Source: Rhizophagus irregularis
Taxonomy: Eukaryota
Direction of reading: 5' to 3'
Assembly (NCBI RefSeq): GCF_026210795.1
Contig: NC_089429.1
Location: 434,001-498,000 of the forward strand
DNA: 64,000 nt
This document shows, in pieces, positions 56,217-64,000 of the stretch. Position numbers and translations under genes: made by a program. Under the pieces are notes generated by a model. That model had not been told where the DNA came from and searched no databases. It was given only the letters and a program-made list of their open reading frames with translations. Numbering within the stretch: the first letter of the stretch is position 1; the number at the start of each line of letters is the position of its first letter.

Positions 56217-59200
56217 ATGCTAAAATTATGAGCTTATGCTAAAGTTGAAGAAAAAATAGAAATTATTAAGAATAAAAGAACTGGAAACCAAGTCTATATT
56301 TATTGTTGTAATAAAATATTCAATATTTCTTTTGTGAAAATATAACTTTAGGGCTTTAAGGCCCGAGAAGAAAACAAAAAAGAGTGCGGTACAATTAACT
56401 GAAAAGGGGGGGTAGTAACCAATAAACCGAGGGATTTGACAACTTGGTCTGGCTTGGTTTTTTTGTTTGTGTCTGACTTTGGGGGCGGAGTGTCGGACGG
56501 AATTACAGACTATGAGAAAGGACTTTGTTTGGCAATATAAACAAGAAATTTTGTTCAATTATAGAAAATAAAAAATTACTAGTTCACAATCATGTCGAGT
56601 TATGTTACTTTTTATTAATTATACATTGTACATATTGTATGATATTAATTAACGAATTTTAGTATAACTTACCTAATTTCAAGCAACTTGTAAAACAGGC
56701 TAAATTTTGCTAGTGATGCAGGTTTAGATTAAATTTAGGCAGGAAAAAACTATATAACAAATATTATTTACACCAATTAATTTCTTCCAATTTTACCAGA
56801 TAGGAAGGAATATAGATTAATAACTCATAGATTAATATTACTGCGCCTGTAACATGATTTTTTTTTTGTGTCACATATATCTTTGGCGTATAGATAGTAA
56901 TATAGTAATATGCAAATCATAATATTGTGATATCTACAAAATGTATTATTTGCATTTTTGATTATGTTATCTATCACAGCTTTAAATTTTCCGTGAGGAT
57001 CGTCGTGTCTAACAATTGGGAAAAAAAAGGGATTGATTATTCCAATAGAATGCTTATTTTTTATTCGATTATGTGGCTGTGTAGTTTGGGCGTAATTATA
57101 GACATTATAAAAGCAAGAAAAAAAAATATTTTTTTTTTGGAATGATAAAAAATTTAGATTATTTTTTTGGGTTCTTTTAATTATTTTGGTTTAGTATAGA
57201 AACATTATAGAACGAGATATCATTTTAATTAAATATTTAATTAATTTTGCAAAATTGTATAGATAGATAAATTTGGGAAATTGGAAATTAGAAAAATCTA
57301 GATCAACACATCAAAGATTAAACTTAATTAGCCGTGATTTAAAAAGTATGGTAACACAAATTTTATATAATGGAAAGTTTAAAGTTAAAACCGATAGTTG
57401 CATTATGGTGATAATGTGATTGGGGAAACATGAACTAAATGAGCACCTGAAATCGGAAATTTTACTAAAGATCATTCCGATTGGATGTCCCGATTGTCAC
57501 ATCGTACGTTTCGTATTATCTTTGAGGTGAATAATAAAGTGATATCGCAAAGAAAATTCTTATTTGTTACTATATTTGTTAACAGTTATAATTATATTTT
57601 AATTTTTTTTTTTCTTGTTTAAACTCACTGGGAGCAGTAGATTTTACGTAAACATAAAACATTTCTAGGATAGCTCCTCATTCAAACCAGCAGATGTATC
57701 TGATTCCAAAAAGCATAGTTATATTATAATACAAGTTTACTTAAAGGTATATAAAGTATAATGTTATATGTGAATTTCAAAGATTAAAGTCAATATATAT
57801 AATCTTTACTGTACTATGTACAGATTTTTACTTAATAAAGAAATGCGTTACCTAATTTTTTTTTAAAAGTCAGTAAAATCTGCAATAATGATTGGTTAAT
57901 TGTCACGTGCCGGAATAATTCATTTTTTTGCGTCACTTATATAGTCCTTCGTTGCTAAAAAATGGTTTCTGATATTTCAACGTACAGAACTTGAATTTAT
58001 TATTCGGAGGTGTAGAATTTAGATGGAAAGTTCATGATAAATTAAAGTTTATGTCAAAGAAAAGAGATAACCAGGATATTGAGCGAGTGACAAGAGAATT
58101 GCCTTTAGGTGATAAGCAGAATGCGTCAAATAAGGAAGTAAATCATTAGAAAAGGGCATTCTATTTTAATAAAATAATAATTAATTTTAATTTAATAATT
58201 TAAAAAAATATAAATTAACATCTATATAAATTTCATTACATTTCCAAAATAATCATTTTTAATTTAAATTAATGTGTTGGAGTATTTTAGTATTTTAGAG
58301 TAAAAAAAAATTAGTTTAGTCTGAAATACTTTTCCTTGAAGATAATGTTAACATTAAAGTATCTTAAAGTTAGGGTAAGGAAGGTTAGTTTAGGATGAAA
58401 CTTTCACCTTTGGAGTTAGTGTTGAGTTTGATCAACAATAAGTAAAAATAATTGCATACTGCAAATTTCATAGCTACCTTAGAATTACAAGTCATGTATA
58501 TATGAACTTTTTCTGATGGTTATACTAGAGAAGCATTATAATAAATATAAATTTAGTTCTATATAAAATTTTTAAAAAGTTTACTATATCTAATATTGAA
58601 ATTAATAATGCCTGCCTAAATTGTTTTTGCAATAACTAAATATTTTGTTAAATTTTATACTTGACTAAATATTTGACTAAATCTAAATTAATGATTAAAT
58701 TCCTAGTGATATCTAAATTTTAACTAAATTTAAATTATTAATTAAACTGTTAAAATTGTATATTTTTATTATTTATCTTTATTTTTTTCTTTCAAATTTA
58801 TATATAGTGATACCTGCATAAACTCTTATTAATTTTAAATTTTTTTAATTTTTTTGCAGAATTTCAGTTTTATCATTAATTAAATTTTATAGTAATAATT
58901 TTTAATTTAATTTTAATTATATAAATTATAGTTTTATTATAAAAATATATTATATATATATAATAATTTTATAAATTTTTTTATATTTTAATAAAATGGA
59001 AATTTATAAAAAATCCATAAAAATATTATAGAATATTGAATTTTAACATTTTATCTATTAATTTTAAATATTTAAACTATTTCAATTTTATTAAATAACT
59101 AAATATTTTAGTTTTATCTAGTATTAAATTTATTATAGTCAAACTTTTATATAATGATATATTGGGACTCATAAGAAAAAATTTAAAAAATATTGTTATA

Positions 59201-60289
59201 TCAAATTATACCAATATTTATATGTCCTCACATATAATGGGAATGTAAAATTTTATCAGTACATCAAGTTTTTAATAATGTATCAGTATATCGAATATCA
59301 GTATATCGAGTTCTGACTGTATAATGAATAAGATTTATGATTAGTAAGTAAACTAAAAGAATAAAAAAATTTATTATAAACCAAATTTATTATAATAAAC
59401 TTTACTATATAATAAGTATTAACTATATAATAAATTTTAATATTTAGTTCACTGAAATTCATTATAATGAAAATAAACTGTATATAATATTTTTAATTTT
59501 TAAATATATATATTTTTTTAAGTAGTTTTTTGCAATTGTTTTACTAATTATTATATACAGTTAAATTTCTATATACTAATACTGTTATTTTATCAGTATA
59601 TCAAATTATCATTATATATAGGTTATTAGTAAATCATGGATGGAACTTCAATTTTAATATAAAGTATTTATAAAGTAAATTTTACAAGTATTTTACAAAT
59701 TTTTTTTTAAAAAAAAAATTAATTGTTTTTTTATAAATATTTTTTGGTTTTAACTTTAATTTTATTGTTATAATAATTAATAATACAAATCTAATAAAAC
59801 AAATATTCATAATAGCTATAATATTTTGTAATATAAACTATATAAACTGCAATTTTTTAAGGTATAATTAATCTTTATATTAATATAACTATCAAATTTA
59901 ATTTATTTCTAATTTAAATACTTCAAAAAGAATTCTTAAAAAATATATAAAATATCTTAATACTTATTCTGAATTTTCTTTTCATTTTCATTAAACAAGC
60001 TATCATTTATTTCTTTAATTAGATTTTTTTGAAAATAATATGCTTAGATAATAAATTATATTATAAGTATTTATTTTTTGCATGATGAATAAGTTTTAAT
60101 TATATTGATTTTAAATGTTTTATATTAATTTTCCTTCTTTTATTTTTTATAATATATGGAATTCTGAACATTTGGATTTATTTTAGACTTTAAATTGCAA
60201 AGTAATAAATAAGAATTATTTTAATTAAATAATAATAATCTTGCTTTACCAATTATTTATAATATAATTGAAAATTATCTTTTTATTAA

Positions 60290-60508
60290 CTAGATAACGG
60301 GATCTATTGTAATGTCTGAAGCACTCATTTAAAATCATACCGTCAGACGGCTCAGGCACGTCACCAAAAATCTAATCACGTAATAATAATCAATAATACA
60401 TCTTATTGGTTAATCATGCGTATGGATAGATATACCTTGCATTACAATGTGTCTAACCATTAATGTCCTTCGCTACACTTTGGACAATTATATAATATAA
60501 TATATAGA
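60290..60508 (-). mobile_element. Short non-autonomous Helitron-like element
   Basis: GC-richer island whose minus strand begins TC (60508) and ends CTAG (60290), between A and T, with no TSD. The subterminal hairpin is degenerate. Confidence 0.5.
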
Positions 60509-61699
60509 TTAATATATAAATAAAAATTTACTTTAATATTCATTACTTTAATAATAATAATATTAAAACAATATAAATATTATCAGAAATATATAATAAT
60601 AGGACTATTAGTTATATAAGTTACCTGGTAATTTCTTATTTAATTTGATTTTATTTAGGTAAAGTTTCAAATAAGTTAAATCAGATTAGATTAATTAATA
60701 AATCTAATCTAAAATTTTTTTTCAAATTAAATCAAATTAGATTATATCAAATTATTTGTTTAATCTAATCTGATCTGAAATCTAAAAAAATCTTAAATTA
60801 ATTAAATATATATATTATTTAAATTATTTTAGGCTAAATAAAATTTCAAATTCAATTATTATATATTTAACTTTTTATATAGTAAATTACATATAAACTA
60901 AATGAATTATAACATTTCAAATTATAATTATGATATTCTAAAATAATTTAAACAGATAAAATAATATATATAAATCTAAATTTATTTGAACTGACTTGTA
61001 ATCTGAATACTTTAAATTAATCTAAAATATCCATTAAATTAAAACTTAAAATTTAAGACAAATATATATTTTTAAAGAATAGAGAAAGTGACTGGAGTTT
61101 TTTTTTATATAAAAATATTTACTAATATTCTTTAATTTTATTTTTTATAGATTTCAAACTAAAGTTTAAAACTGGAATTTAATACTAATCAGATAAAGGA
61201 TTACTAGGTTAATTTTATATATTCAATAATTTTATTATTTATTATTAATAAAACTAATAAATCTATATGATTTTTAACTGATTTTTAGTGTAAATTGGTA
61301 ATATTCTATATATATTTCAGCTAAATTGTATCAGATAATTTTATTAATTATATCAGAAAGTATCAGTATTTTAATATATTCTAATAAATGCATAATGTAT
61401 TTCTAAATATATAAAATAATTTCTGATATTTGTATAATATAACTTTAATGTAAATTTGATATTTACAAATAATTTATTTTACAAATTTATATAATCTTAA
61501 TAAAAATATATTTTATTTAGTGAATATTAAAACTATTAAAGTTATTTTAATAATAATTTAATATAAATTGATATAAAGAAAGAAGTATAAAACTAATTTT
61601 AATCTAGAGTGATTTAATCCAGATGATTTAATCTACTAGTAAATTTTATATAATTATATGAATTATTCATTCCCATCATGTGATAAATTTGATTGGACT

Positions 61700-62084
61700 T
61701 AAAGATGTAATATGTAATTATTTTTAGAAGGTTGTAAGGTTGCAACTATTACAACATACATACAACACTTTTGTTGTAATTACAACACAATATTATAATT
61801 GTTATATAGTATTATAATTACTATTAGTATTGTAATTATTATATAGTATTGTAATTATTTCCAATTATACAAATATGTATTATAATATATTAATTATTTA
61901 TTTTTATAATGATATTTGTTCTATAAAAACTTATTTTTGTAATTTTTATTTTTCAAAAAGAAAATTTTTGAACAATCATAAGTGTTGTAATATTACAACA
62001 CTTTAACTTTAAAAGTAGTAATAGGTTGCAACCCTTACTATTACAACACAAGGTAGTAATTATCAATTACATACTACATCTTTA
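61700..62084. mobile_element. hAT-type MITE, 385 bp
   Basis: TIRs TAAAGATGTA(A/G)TATGTAATT (19/20 match), perfect 8-bp TSD ATTGGACT (61692-61699, 62085-62092), internal TTACAAC/GTTGTAA repeats. Confidence 0.9.
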
Positions 62085-63866
62085 ATTGGACTGACTAATA
62101 TTTATAGTTACACTATCTATTTATATTATTTTTTCATTTTTTTCTTTCTCCTTGTTTTTTTTTTCTTTCTGTTTTATTTTATTTTTCTTCTTTTTCTATT
62201 CCATTTTCTTTTTTTGTTTATTATTTTTATCTGCTTTTTTTTTTTAGTATATTTTTTTAGGTCTTTAAGCTTTTTCAGGTTTTACAATTTCTAATAAAAT
62301 ATTATATTTTAACACATTAAAAAGATACATTCTTTTTTTTTGTTAGTTATATTTTTTAATTTTGTTCTTTATTAAGGGAATTTCTAATTTCTAATATTTA
62401 TTATATAATATAATTCTTTCTGCCATTTTTTTTTTTCTTTTATAATAAAATAAAATAATAATAAATAAATATTAGTATTATTGCAAATATAATAATAATT
62501 TTGTAAATTTACATAAAATTAATATTCACATTTTTCCTTTTAATATTTATACCAGTTCTTTATTTATTTATAGAAATTTTTTGAAATATTATATATATCC
62601 CTTTAATAGTAATAAAAATTTTATAAAATCTTCTTCAATTCTATATTAGTATACTAAAATCTATTACTAAATATGTTTTAAATCACATATTTTTTGATAT
62701 TAATCTAATAATTCTTATCTAATATTAAAGAATTATCTAAATTCTTAACTCTTTAAAATTTGGATAACTTTATCTTATAATAAAAAAATAAATAAATAAA
62801 TAAAATAAATAAAATTATATATTTAATTATTTATACAAAAATTATTATAACTAACCTGAAAAGTTTTTTTATATTGTTATTTATTAGCTTTAAGGTTTTT
62901 CAAACTTTTTAAAATATGTTTAGTTGATAATGGATTAAATTATTGCATTCTTATTTTACTTTCTTTTTTTTTATAACAAAATTTATTTGCTTTTTTTATT
63001 AATTTTAAAATAGTTATATATAATTTTATAATTTTTGATATGAAATTATTAGTGATTAAAATACAATTTTTACGTCATATCATATAAAATTATATTATTT
63101 TTATGACTTCTTTTTATTCTTATTTTTTTTTATAACTTTCTTTACTAAAATTCTCTCTTTTCTTTTCTTTATATTTTTCTTTATATTTAGCAAAGAATTT
63201 TTCTGATGAAAATATGAAGTTTAAGTTAATATTTCATACAAATTAAATTTTTTTTCTGAAATTTGATTCAATTCAAACTTAATTCAAACTTAATTCAAAC
63301 TTCAAAAAATATTATCTTAAAATTTAATGATTTGATTTTAATAATTTTTTTTTAATTAATAGCTCTTATTTAAAATTGTTTGCCAAAATTAAGCAATTTA
63401 AGTCAAGGTCAAAATTTTTTGTAACTGAAAGTTTAGGCAATCAAACATAAATTTGCCAAAATTTATAATACCAAAATTATTGCCAAAAATCCAAAATTTA
63501 ACCAAAATTAGTATAATTTTAACTATTTTTAGAATATAATTTTGGCTAGAAAAATAATTAATATTAAAATTTCTATTTTAAAATTTGTATAACTATTGTA
63601 TAACTGATTTCTTCAATTTTACTGAAAAATAAAATTTCTTTTTTGGAAAATTGGTATAATATTATGACATAATATCATAATTTCAGCTGAATTTTAATTT
63701 TAGCTAAAATTAAGATTGAGTTTTGGCTTAGAGGCGTATCAGAAATCAGCTAATTTCTCTCAATTAGTAACCTTAACCCCACCCCTACCTGATTGAAATC
63801 TGATTAGTTAAAAAAATTATTACTATTACTAAATATTAAATATTATACATAATAATTAGTATTTAT

Positions 63867-63998
63867 AATTATCTTGGCTTCTAGTGATTCAATTTGAACA
63901 AACTTTTTTTTGTTTTGTAAAGCTAGATTTATAGAACTAAATGAGTACTATAAATTAAAAAGTTTATTAAAATTGAATCACTAGAAGTCAAGATAATT
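63867..63998. repeat. 29-bp inverted repeat (28/29 match) with a 74-bp spacer
   Basis: AATTATCTTGGCTTCTAGTGATTCAATTT (63867-63895) versus its reverse complement at 63970-63998. Confidence 0.8.
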
Positions 63999-64000
63999 GC

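Noticed and set aside
58368..58395. TTAGGG-like sequence as a telomeric repeat
   Set aside because: Only one exact unit and no array.

Overview
Very AT-rich, intron-rich fungal nuclear DNA. Gene content, short introns and transposon types suggest Glomeromycotina (arbuscular mycorrhizal fungi; inference). A gene-dense core (about 6.3-56.2 kb) lies between two transposon-derived blocks. The left block holds a pseudogenised MULE and a hAT MITE inside a decayed MULE fragment. The right block (about 57-64 kb) is ORF-less and holds hAT, Helitron-like and other relics. Core genes in order: RRM + RNase III fusion, CDC1/MPPE1 phosphoesterase, PEX11 family, PUT1 with EF-hands, a membrane protein with a Pro-rich tail, TYW1, an unknown membrane protein, calcipressin, ATG11, SEC53/PMM, FYVE-RING E3 ligase, RMD1/DUF155, PEX14, Zn2Cys6 factor, HAC1/XBP1-like bZIP, Ish1-like protein ending in KEEL, extended SDR, Kin4-like kinase. 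Two things stand out. (1) The bZIP gene has a fully readable IRE1-type unconventional intron: 146 nt, two CAGCAGC loops, a long intron helix, dual-frame coding, and an ERSE-like promoter motif. (2) A three-exon gene fuses an RRM-like domain to a single Mini-III-like RNase III domain with no dsRBD. Exon boundaries were read by eye and no database searches were run.
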